64,000 nt of DNA from Macrostomum lignano (Eukaryota), in NCBI GenBank assembly GCA_002269645.1, contig NIVC01002070.1, forward strand, positions 62,001 to 126,000. Direction: 5' to 3'. A program made the position numbers and the translations under genes. The stretch's first letter is position 1. Every line of letters starts with the position of its first letter. Under the pieces are notes generated by a model that worked only from the letters and a program-made list of their open reading frames with translations, did not search any database and had not been told where the DNA came from. Positions 1-11,307 of this stretch are shown in pieces.

Positions 1-689
1 GCGGCATTACCGGCGAAGCAGCAGCAACAGCAGCAGTCTAAGCCTCATCAATCGTTGGCTAAATTTGCCAGCTTCGTGGAGAATCCGGACAGGTTCAGCG
101 GCAGTTATCATGCCCGCGGTGCGCTGCTTCGGGAACGTCTGCGCTGCGTTCGACAGGTAAGTAGCGATAGCCTTTTTGATCGTTTTAACGCACTCATTCA
201 AACGCTCAAACAGTGTACAGCGGCCTTGACTTTCTAATAATTGTCAAGCATGTACACTACATGCATGTACGAGTACACGACAACCCCCCCCCCCTTGGAA
301 AATTTTCCTGCACAAAAGCCCCAAATGAATGTGTTTGCGCACGGAATCACCACCCCGCAGGCCTACGAATGCGTGGAAGCCTGTAGGCAGTCACTGGTCG
401 CTCAGATCGCCGACCTGCAGTCGCAGCTCGCCGGCTGTCCCGGCAGCTTTGATGACGCCAACGGCAGCGGCGGCCCAGCTTCTGTTGCAGCTTCATCTTC
501 GTCGCTGCCTTCAACCGCGATGCTGCGAGCGGTTCTGCCCTGCATTGGCGATGCTAACGGCGCCACGGCGTCGCGGCAACCGCAGCGGCTGGCCGCCTGC
601 TGGCTGATCAGGAGGCGCGAATCCAGCAGCTGGAGAGGGAGAAGTCGCAACTGCTGCGGACCCTGCTGCAGGCTCAGACTCTAGGCTAG
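1..689 (+). CDS. 3' part of a coiled-coil protein resembling the Suppressor-APC-domain (SAPCD) family; exons 1-156 and 361-689, apparent 1-nt frameshift near 593
   Basis: Open frame from base 1 ends CAG|GTAAGT at 156/157. The acceptor CCCCGCAG|GCC at 360/361 is phase-compatible. The peptide LLRERLRCVRQAYECVEACRQSLVAQIADLQSQ and, after a frame change, EARIQQLEREKSQLLRTLLQAQTLG* resemble from memory the SAPCD2 segments ..EVLLQGLEMMARGRDWYQQQL.. and ..ERITQLEQEKSALIKQLFEARAL. The family call is recalled similarity, not a search. Confidence 0.5.
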
Positions 690-789
690 CTTAAATCTGA
701 TTGATTCATTTTCCTGGGCTTAACACTAGCAAAAACCGCCGACAGAAGCCTTTGAAAGTTAAGTTGCTAGGCAAAATATGTAAAATCGT

Positions 790-1250
790 CTATGGCCAGC
801 CCTGCTGACACGGATTGGCATAACAGAGTGTTACAGTGGCAGCGATAGTCTATGGCCAGCCCTGCTGACCCAGCTGGCAGGCACGGCTTGTCATAGCAGA
901 GTGTTAAAGTGGCAGCGATAGTCTATGGCCAGCCCTGCTGACCAAGCCCGCAGGAACGGCTTGGCATAGCAGAGTGTTAAAGTGGCAGCGATAGTCTATG
1001 GCCAGCCCTGCTGACCAAGCCCGCAGGAACGGCTTGGCATAGCAGAGTGTTAAAGTGGCAGCGATAGTCTATGGCCAGCCCTGCTGACCAAGCCCGCAGG
1101 AACGGCTTGGCATAGCAGAGTGTTAAAGTGGCAGCGATAGTCTATGGCCAGCCCTGCTGACCAAGCCCGCAGGAACGGCTTGGCATAGCAGAGTGTTAAA
1201 GTGGCAGCGATAGTCTATGGCCAGCCCTGCTGACCAAGCCCGCAGGAACG
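790..1250. repeat. 73-bp tandem repeat, about 6.5 copies
   Basis: Unit CTATGGCCAGCCCTGCTGACCAAGCCCGCAGGAACGGCTTGGCATAGCAGAGTGTTAAAGTGGCAGCGATAGT starts at 790 (shorter copy), 850, 923, 996, 1069, 1142 and 1215. Confidence 0.95.
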
Positions 1251-3075
1251 GAATTTTTCATTTCGTTTTAATTATCGATTTTATGCAACTGTCTCATTTA
1301 TAAAATGAATCTGCCAATAGCTGTTTTCATTCCACATCTTTCAACTTTTGGGAGTTCTGTTCGCTGGATTTGTACATTCACTCTGCTCTGATTGGCTGGG
1401 CGATTATGTACTTAGTTAAACTATATCAGACTTTTTAGCCTTGCATTAATCGTGGCAATCTCTCAATACAAGCCTATTTGCTTCTCTGTGAATCTGTTCG
1501 TATTGATTTTTATCTATTGTCTATCGTTTGCACAATAGCAATGCATTATAAGATTCACTGTTGCTTATCTGAACGCAGATTTGTATATAGGTAATAACTC
1601 TTAATTTTTGTACCTTCCCTGTCATATCGGCGTTTTTATTCAATATGTCAATGTGTCAAAACAATAGTTCAAACCGGCTTTTAGTTTTGCAGTGCAATAT
1701 GTTTGGGTTTTTTAAATCTCCAAAATGCAGGGCAATATTTTTCTTTTGTCCCTGCAACATTACTTTGCGCAGCTGACTCTGCTTTTCATTATTTAATACA
1801 TTTATTACAGACCAATAATGGCACATATATTATTTTCTTTTCGGTTCACTTATAATCTGGTTCCTGTGTTAAGTTAACTCACTGTTATTTTTTTAAGATA
1901 CATACTGTGCGACGCTTTTTAAAGTAATAAAGTCGATTTTGCGACTAAACTACTGTCTATTCAGTAGTATGAAAATTATCATTTTTTCAACCCAATTAGG
2001 AAACAATTAACACGATCAAATTGGGTGCAAAATGTAGCAGCTATTGTTGAGAATTTTGCGCTTTGTTGAACCTACAGTTTATTAAAGACAGACAGATGTT
2101 GCTGCTAGTTTGGCACCGGCACTTGCTTTAGTTGCCAATACGGGCACTAAATTAATAATTAATTTGCAGTATTTTGCTAGCAACAATTCAAACGCAGAAA
2201 CGGCCGGGACAGGCAGTCACGTGCGCGCTCGGAATTCAGCAGAAAAATTCAATAACTAAAGCAAACAGAAGCTAACAGACAGACAAAAGCAAAGTTTAAA
2301 AAATGGCTACAAAAAGAGACGAGAAAACTCTAACTATGCCAGACCCGCATCCAATGCAAGCAAGAACGTGTGACACACTTAAATAAATTCTTCCACTGAT
2401 GTCACTTGAGTACATCAATTTCAGAAACTGACAGAGGGTTTATTAAGATTACATATTGAATGAGCTTAACATCAGCAAGATAGTGTAGAGAGAAGATTAA
2501 GGGAGAGTCAGATAGTTATGAAATTATTGTAGTATGCAATTATGACTAATCGTATAAAGTAAATATAAATCCAGCCTCAACACACAGACACGGGTAAACA
2601 AAACGATTAGGAATATGCATATGAATGTTACTTACGGGAACAAAATTAGTGCTTTGCCGAATACATAAAGAATTTTATTTCATTAAAAAACCATAAACTG
2701 CAGTACAAATTGATAAACGCGCTGTGCTCTCGCAGTGTGCAAATAGTGAGACCACACAGGTACGTTTACAGGGTTGCTTGTAAACTCGAAGATCTGCGGT
2801 TTTTAGAAGGCCAGTTTCTAGAGAAAATACACTATAAAGATCGGAAATGTTTATCTCTTCTTCTTAAAGCCAAAAGTTAAATTAAACAACTAGGAAAGGA
2901 AGAAAATTTCATTTTTCCAGGAAATAAGCCTTCTAAAATGTACATAATCCGAGTTTTACTCCAGCGGCCGTTGGATGCAAAAGTTGAATTATACGTTTAG
3001 AGTAAAAACACTGACTGCAACTGACCGCGGCTTGGGATTGGGAATCAGCCAAGTCGGCCCGCTCGCGCTGGTCAC

Positions 3076-6000
3076 TCACAGCTTGCAGAGGCAGAAGAAC
3101 AGCGGCAGCGCCGCGGCCACTGCGATGAGCACCGGCAGCAGGGCGGTGGACGCCGGGTCCGCCTGGTACGGATCTGAGGCCTTCGGGCCGGACACCTTCC
3201 GCTTCCGCCTCGTGGCCTCCTCGTCCTCTACCGAGGCCGCAGCCGGCGCGGGCTCGTGCGCCGCGTCCGGCACCGCCTGGTCCAGGTCGCCGCCCTCCAG
3301 CGGCTGCTGGCCGCCAGGGATCGGCGGCAGGCGCGGCACCTCTTCGATGCTACCTGCTCGGCGATGCGGATTAAGGAAGAATTCCATCGCCTGTCACCTG
3401 CGAGTTTGATCCTCCTCCGCAAAATCCCAATGGGGAATTTAATTCCATCTGCAACTCTCAGATCCGAAAATCCCAATGGGCAGTTTGATCCCATCTGCAA
3501 GTCTCAGATCCGGAAATCCCAATGGGGAGTTTGATCCCATCTGCAGGTCTCAGAGCCAGAAATCCCAATGGGGAGTTTGATCCCATCTGCAGGTCTCAGA
3601 GCCAGAAATCCCAATGGGGAGTTTGATCCCATCTACATACCAGAAAAGCTTTAGAAAAATTGGTCCGACAAAAAAACGCAGCTCACCTTTGATCAACACG
3701 ATGGCGTTAATCTTGGGATTATCCCGGTCGCCTTTGACGAACTCCAACGACAGGCGCCGATTGTAGAACTGGGAATTGTCGCTGCCGACAAACAGGCGGT
3801 CGCCTTTCACCCGGAACGGCACGATCTCGTCGTGAGCGACTCCGCGGCCAACTCTGGCGAAGATGTCCAGTCCAGAGACGATCACATGCTCGCTGTTGAG
3901 CAGCACGTCGAATACCTGATTGTCATTGTTAGGAATCATGTATATTACTCTACAGACAGACTAACTATTTTAAGTAATACAAGTAGAATAAAAAGTTAGA
4001 GCGCCTGGAAATGTTACAAAGGATGTCCAGAAAGTTTTAAAACTTAATCCCAGAGTTGCGATTGTCCCGAAGATGGCGATTTGTTTTAAGGTTTAAATTT
4101 AATTGATTTGACTCTTATAGTTTTATTTAGTTTTAATACAGTATTGATTTAATTTGTTTTATTTTTCCAAACTCGATCACTTAAAATACTATGTATCGCA
4201 CCACTAGGAATACAAAATATATCAATTGCGTAAAAGCCCCCCCCCCAGGGCTGAAGCGCAGGGCCTTTGTTTGCCCATTACTTATCGAATGAAATGAAAT
4301 GCGATTGTAGCTGCTAGCATTTTTGCGCTGGGATTACAGGTGTAAAAGATTTTGTTAATATAATTATTGATTATTGACATAAAATACCTAAATTGAGTAC
4401 AAAGTAGACATTTTTCTGACTATAAAAATTATTGACCTTTTTAAAAAAATATGACTTCTTAACTTCTCAAGTTTGTCTTGTTGGGATCTGAAACAAATTT
4501 CAGTCCAACAAAGGTTATGAAGGATAAAGACAGAATATGTGTGCTACTAATAGTAGTAATAATAGTTTTAAGTAATAGTCAGCAATAATATTGAGCATTT
4601 TGTTTGTATTTTTAAACAATCAAAAAAATATTGAATGATAATTGTTTTAATCATCTTCTAATGTTTGCCAATAACATTCATGTTTAATTTGTGTACATTT
4701 TTAAACTGAGAAATAACATTCACTTTTAATTTTGCTTATTTGTTTAAATGTCTTTTATCTCAAAATTAAAATTGACTGAGTTCCAAAATAGTATAAAAAT
4801 GGAAATCTTTTTAAAGACTTACTGAATTTTCGAAATAAGTAGAAGGAAATCATACTGTATCTACTGAGTGCAGAATACTAAGGAGATCAAAGTGAAACCA
4901 AGTAGATCTCAGAAATACATATAAAGTATGTATTAAGTAAGTAGAGTAAGTAAGTAGGCTGTGACCCTCTAATCTTGGTAACACTAAAGGACTAGATAGT
5001 TGAATACCTAGATAACTAATACTAAGAAATCTACAAGAATCTAAGAGACACATAAGAATCTCTAAGCCAAAAAAACAGTATGGTAAAAAAAAACAATGAA
5101 ACACTACCAATACATGGTAAGAATGCTACTCAGAAGAAGTAAGAAATATTTGGACAAATACTAAGACACATACTGAGACTTGTTATCAGATTTATACTTA
5201 AACCAATTTTAAGACCTACATAGACCTATATTCAGATGTTATTCTTAAGGATTTATGCTTAGGAGATAATCTAAGGAAATTAAGTTCAGTTTGTAACTAG
5301 AAAAAATACTTGTTACAACTTGATGGCAGCTTTTTGGATTTGCAATATAGCCCTATTATAAGTTTGGTGGCATTAGTGAGATTTAAGCAAAGGTCTACAA
5401 TAGTTTTAATATTACCACTGTGACATATAAACTAAGGTTCAAGAATTGATAAACATATTCATTCTCTTTGATTTTTCATCATGAGCAAAATAATTTCTAC
5501 TTATTACACTAATGATTTTGGAATTTAATAGATCATATATTATAGATGGTTTTTTAGAAAGCTAACTTCAAATTGCTATCAAGTGTATTTTACTATATTC
5601 ACTTTTGTTTTGTATGCATGTGCAAGCGCTTAATGCTACTAATAGTAATAATAATAGTTTTTGTAAATAAATTTGTCAATAATAATTTTGAGTTTAATCA
5701 CTCAAGAATAATATTCACATATTATTTGTTTTAATCTTCCAACATTTAATAATAATATTCATATAAAATTTGTATATATTTTTAAACCGAAAACTAATTT
5801 TAGCCCTATTTGTTTTAATACTGCATATATCAAAATTAATATTGATCAAGTCTTAAAATAGTATAAATAGACGGGATCTGGCCAAAGAGCCACCAACTTG
5901 GCTGATTGCCTGTTCCTAAATTAGTCTCAAGTCTTACTACTTGTTGAGCTTTAAACTGTTACTTAGAAATCTTTTCAAGACTTAGTAAATTTTTCAATTC

Positions 6001-9000
6001 GAAGAGTGAAGTAGAAGTTAATCATACCACAGATACTACTGATATGCAGAATACCAAGGAGATTGAAGTGAAACAAAGTATATCTCGGGAATACATATAC
6101 AGTATTGAGAAGGCCATGACCCTCTAATCTCGGGAACGCCTAAAGGACTGGACTAGACGATCAGATACTTAAATAACTGCAAAAGAATTACAAGGAAGAT
6201 CATTCTGAGAAATACATTCCAGGCCAATAGTAGACCACTCGGCATATACTAAGAATGCTACCAATACATATACTAAGAACGCTACCAATAGAAGTAGATA
6301 CTTAGACTAATCCTTAGACATATACCTATACTTATTCTTAGACTTATACTTAGACTGATACTTATAGACTTATACTCAGACCTATTCTAAGAAACATTTC
6401 TCAGATTATTCTAATATTGATAAACCCATAATTTGAAGTGTGAAATTATTATTAGAGACAGAAGTAACCCCTAGGACAACTTTGGTGGCAGCTCATAAGA
6501 TAAGTGACTAGGCAAAGGCTAACAATTAGGAAGACAGAGCGAGCATAGGCCTAGCACATGCAAAAATATCACCTTATTATTATGCATTTGAACTCTATGT
6601 GATACAATTTTCTAATATATTTTGTTTTAAAGTTTGTTACAATTGGTTTTTAGCAAAATTGAAAAATGTATTGCATTTTTTGAAAGTTTTTCATCTTGGG
6701 CCATAGGTAGTCTAGTGCTGTATATTCCTACACACAATATATAACAAAGTTCTAGGAAGTTGAGTACCATATATATAGTAAGCAAAAAGGAGCCCACTAA
6801 GATTTTTTGATATGCACTATTATGACACATGGGAATTTTTAGGCCACTACCTGGTCTATCCATTGTCTATCCCTTGAATCTCTTCTAATATATCTAAATA
6901 TACTATATATTTAATCTAACCTTTATGCATGTGGCATATAAGATAAAATAGATTGTTCAATATTAATCTAATTAAAGTAGACCTATAAAACTTAAATTAT
7001 ATATAGAATATAGCCTAGGTTGTGGATTGTGTAGTAGTATATGCTGTAACAAGAATCCTAGCTCATCTAAATATATGCCAGTATATGCCAAAAACAAAAA
7101 ATTCCCTAAAATGTATGCCAAAAATTCCTCATAAAAAGTCATTTGGTTTTCATGAGTAGAGTTTTCTAAGAAAGGCTTTTGTATGAAGTTTTTTTAAAAA
7201 TTATGAATTTTTCCATTTTAAACAAACTTAAAATTATACCTACATAAATAATGATGCAAAATTGACATTCTTTAGTTTAAAAATTTAAACTAATTTTTTT
7301 ATTGTTAATTTTAAAGAAGCAAACTTTTTATATCATAGACTTTTTAGACTATACAAATTTTCCTTTACTTTATGGTAAAAATGTTGATTTACATTAAAAT
7401 TTTCATGTATAGCATGAATTTATTAACCAAAATTTATACACCAAAAAAGTATGGTTGTGTTACTTGTGTATGCCAATAGTGTATGCCAAAAGTGTGCCAG
7501 GGGCTGTGTATACCAATTGTGTATGCCAAGGACTTAGGGTTGTTATTTTGTATGCTGGAAAGGTTTTGGCATACATGCATACCATCCGCAACTTGGAATA
7601 TAGCAAGAATTCAATGTAAACTTTAGATAATTTGTATATAGTATAGTATTAGTGGTGTTATATATTAAATATAGAAAAATATAGAAATAGTTATATAAAT
7701 TCAAATTAGGGACAGATCTAAGGGAGGGCTAAGGGAGCCATGCCCCTCCCAAAACCTAGTCCTAGGCCTAGCTAAAGCCAAAGATAACAGCCATACTTTT
7801 TTGGCCTACGGCTACAACAAGACATTTATTATATGCTAGGTCTATTTTCCAATATTGCCATTGGGTTAAATAGTGCTTAGTATAGCCTATATAGGTAGGG
7901 ACTTCAGTGAGTTATAAGAAGTGCGTGCCAATGGCAAAAAAGTAAGAAAAAAGTCCAATTTTTCAAGGGCGATTTTAAAGAAACTATAGAAGCCAGGATG
8001 AAAGTAAAATATGCATTTAAAAGGTAAAAAGGAGCTCTTTCAAATGACACCAACTGCAAGTCTAGCTTTGTTATACTTTTTGCACTGTCTATTTTTAAAG
8101 TTGACCATTTTTTAGGAGGAATATAAAATTGAAGCCAAAATGAATAAAAAAACAGTGGTTCAGAAAATGCTTTTTCTTAGCTGCAATGTGTTTCTTATAA
8201 TGGAAACAAAGGTTTTATAGTGTAAAGGGATAATTTAGAAACATTTTTCTGGTGTTAAAAAAAATTTTTTTTTCTTTTAATGCCCATATGGCTCTATGCA
8301 AAATTTCAAATCCAAAATTTTCCATGAAATCCTTTTCCTGCATTGTTTCTCTTTATATTTTTCATTACCTATTGACAATACAAGCACAGTAAAAAAAACC
8401 GCTTGCCAATAGCTATAGGCGCAAAAATTTTGTGGAGGTTTCTTTTTTTGATACGTTTACATGTAAAATACCCATTGAAACGTGTATTTCGTGTTTTTTG
8501 TGAGACTCTGCCTTCCGGCAAACTAGTTCTCTGTGTCATTTAACTAATTCTGCTATGCTGAACACGATAGGCAAAACCGTTTTTTAATAAACCCATGCGC
8601 AAAGCCTGTACAGCACATTACATTGCAGTTGGGGTGTCTGTCATGCATTAAAAATTTAGGGCAAGAAGTAGAATAGTATTATAGTAGGTAAAAACCTGAA
8701 CAAAATGACACTAGCCTTGTATAAATTAAGCAAGCAGAACAGATGCTATTGTATTTTTAAAATTGCAATCATTGCGTATCTGGTTAAAATAGTCAAAATT
8801 TCATACACCCATCCTGTTTCAATTAGCTTAGCAACTTGGGCATATAAAATAATATTAAAATATATAATTCATACAATTAACACTAAAAAACTGAACAAAA
8901 TGACACCAAGCACAGTCATTTTGGTTGGCTAGAAAATTAATTACAAGTGTTCAAAGACAAAAAGCCAACTTTTTGGCCAAAAATGATCACAAACCGTAAT

Positions 9001-9699
9001 GTAAAAATTCCATTGGCTAAAGGCACAAATCGGGGTTACTAAAATAGCTGTAGTTTCCTTATTACTCAACCAAATCACTAAAGTTTGGCCATTTTGGAAA
9101 TGGGAAAGTAAGATCTATCTAGTGAAATAGCAGCCTATAACAATTTCTGAAATTTAATTTTCTCACTGAAGTGCCTAATATAGGCATAGCTTGGCCCCTA
9201 GCTCTATGCCTAGCTGTAACTACAAGCCTAAAATAAATTTTGACTATACTTTTCAGATTGTTTATTCTATATGAAGGTATAAAATTAAAATAAAACTGTG
9301 TCTAAACCATGAAAAAAAGTAATTACAATTATAATGAAAAAAATTTATGGTTATTACCTTCTGATTGGGATTTGCAAACCATACTTCTGAAAATTTCAGA
9401 ACAAGTACATACTCGCCATCTCCAGGAATTGGTAATTCATATGTAAAACTTGATGTATGATACCTTTCAGTTTGGTATAATATTTGATCCTGAGGAACAA
9501 CTCTTCCTATTTCTAAGTTTCTGCCATAATCAGATGGTATGCCAACACTTAATGTGTCCCGTTCGTAGCGAATTCCGTGAATATCTGTGTGCTCTTGCCC
9601 ACCACAGTTAACAGCGTATATAACATCAAGTGCATGTGTTAGGGAACATGTAATCAGCAAGAGAAAAATGGTGATAACATTTATCGGTAGCATGTCCAT
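3076..9699 (-). CDS. MLEC: Malectin (ER lectin), 282 aa; exons 9699-9358, 3915-3687, 3353-3076
   Basis: Signal peptide followed by VIYAVNCGG..HTDIHGIRY, ILYQTERY, GEYVLVLKFSEVWF..PNQK|VFDVLLN.EH.IV..LDIFARVGRG.AHDE, then DNPKINAI, an acidic stretch, and the C-terminal anchor DPY..DPASTALLPVLIAVAAALPLFFCLCKL*. GT-AG junctions with phases 0 and 1 join in frame. Confidence 0.95.
3420..3635. repeat. 47-bp tandem repeat in malectin intron 2, about 4.5 copies
   Basis: Unit AATCCCAATGGGGAGTTTGATCCCATCTGCAGGTCTCAGAGCCAGAA. Confidence 0.9.
4540..6500. repeat. Old, diverged tandem duplication of about 1.1 kb in malectin intron 1
   Basis: Collinear similar blocks: CTACTAATAGTAGTAATAATAGTTTT (about 4545) vs CTACTAATAGTAATAATAATAGTTTT (about 5637); GCAGAATACTAAGGAGATCAAAGTGAAAC (about 4870) vs GCAGAATACCAAGGAGATTGAAGTGAAAC (about 6046); GACCCTCTAATCT in both. 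Confidence 0.65.
7015..7596. mobile_element. Degenerate MITE, hAT-like, 582 bp
   Basis: 8-bp TSD AATATAGC at 7007-7014 and 7597-7604. Imperfect 12-bp TIRs CTAGGTTGTGGA / TCCGCAACTTGG (9 of 12 match). Repeated subterminal (G/A)TATGCCA motifs at both ends. Confidence 0.55.
7896..9177. mobile_element. Non-autonomous TIR DNA transposon, 1282 bp, in malectin intron 1
   Basis: 16-bp TIRs TAGGGACTTCAGTGAG / CTCACTGAAGTGCCTA (15 of 16 match). Direct repeat ATATAGG at 7889-7895 and 9178-9184. No transposase ORF seen. Confidence 0.75.
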
Positions 9700-9802
9700 T
9701 TACTAAAAGAAGTCTTTAAAACAATTGCCAACAACAATTACAATTACCATACCAACCAGTCAAAATTCGACCTGAAGAAAGAACTCGAGATGTCGAGATG
9801 AT

Positions 9803-11307
9803 TGTAACATATCTGCGTATGTAATTTAAAAGTAAATAATTTCGTATTTACTCTTATTAGGTTGTATTGGTATTATACTATTTATATTGTATTTATCTCA
9901 CTGTACTTTTTACTGTATGTAATTTATGTTATTTTGCAAGATAATTTTATAATGAAACTTTTGTTTTAATGACTGATAAGTAACCAATATAAATATAAAT
10001 CATCGATTGTTAATAAGAGTTCGCGCTCTGACTTGGCACTCTCGACGGCTGAAAGTTCAAGTGTTAGTATCGGCGATTCATTTCGTTACAATGGCGACCA
10101 CGCCAGGACTCGGATTCCATGAAGGACTCCGCTGAATCTTCTGATCGACCGCAAATGTACAGCAACGCAGCCAATCACATCAGCATGCAGCGCGCGTCCA
10201 GCTAGCCGACGCCAACCAGTATGTCAGCCAGCCGCGAGCCAGGCCAACAAAATCACAGGTGCCGAAGATGCTGCCAAAGGACAGGTGCTGCAGATACTGT
10301 CAGTCGCTGAGTGATTTCGAATATTATATTTGTTTTCTTAAAAGCATCTATGTTCAAATACAATACTAGCTGTAGAATGTACATGTAGATGTGTACCCAG
10401 TTCAGAGCAAAATTTTGTTTTTAAATTTGTAATTTTGCTGTTCTAACCTAAAGTCCAGAACCAGGAAGCTGCATTTTCCAATTCCTATGCTTTGTTGATT
10501 GATTTTAATGTAATTGTACTTAATTGTTAATTTGTACTTACTGTAATTCCTTCATATGTACTTTATACTGTATTTTGGCAATTGCATATATGTACTTTAC
10601 TTTTCAAATAATTTTCAATGTTGTACTGTATTTTCTTGTGTTTTGTAAGGTTTCACCCAATGGCAGTGTATCACAATAGTGTGCACAGGCAATTCCTTTC
10701 ATTAATAAAGTGTTTTTTGCTTCATTCATGCTGTGCTCTGCACTGGTTGTGGTGGGGAGAACCCGGGGCTCTGCTAACCCTGTTGGGTTCTGGTTTTTGT
10801 GTTGGTTAACTAGCTTCTCTTTTGGTCCAGACCATTGTTTTAAAATGTGTTCTGTCACCTCATTGCGACGTCTAGTTGGGAATGCGAGTTCAATCTTTTT
10901 TTGCTCAAAATTTAGCATGTACTGTATATTTAATAGTTATTTTCTATACTTTGTATTCTACTCTTTTGTTAATTGTACTTTTGACAATGTGGACATTGTT
11001 TTTTCTAAGAGGAGGATAATGTAACATATCTGCGTATGTAATTTAAAAGTAAATAATTTCGTATTTACTCTTATTAGGTTGTATTGGTATTATACTATTT
11101 ATATTGTATTTATCTCACTGTACTTTTTACTGTATGTAATTTATGTTATTTTGCAAGATAATTTTATAATGAAACTTTTGTTTTAATGACTGATAAGTAA
11201 CCAATATAAATATAAATCATCGATTGTTAATAAGAGTTCGCGCTCTGACTTGGCACTCTCGACGGCTGAAAGTTCAAGTGTTAGTATCGGCGATTCATTT
11301 CGTTACA
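9803..11307 (+). mobile_element. Complete non-coding LTR retroelement (TRIM-like), 1505 bp
   Basis: 288-bp LTRs at 9803-10090 and 11020-11307 with termini TGTAAC...GTTACA and no difference seen by eye. PBS TGGCGACCACGCCAGGACTCG at 10092-10112. PPT AAGAGGAGGATAA just before 11020. 5-bp TSD ATGAT at 9798-9802 and 11308-11312. No gag/pol in the 929-bp interior. Confidence 0.93.

Noticed and set aside
4850-5110. Minus-strand ORF with SISYLGIQL, vaguely like a LINE RT motif
   Set aside because: Too short and degenerate; lies in an old intronic duplication.
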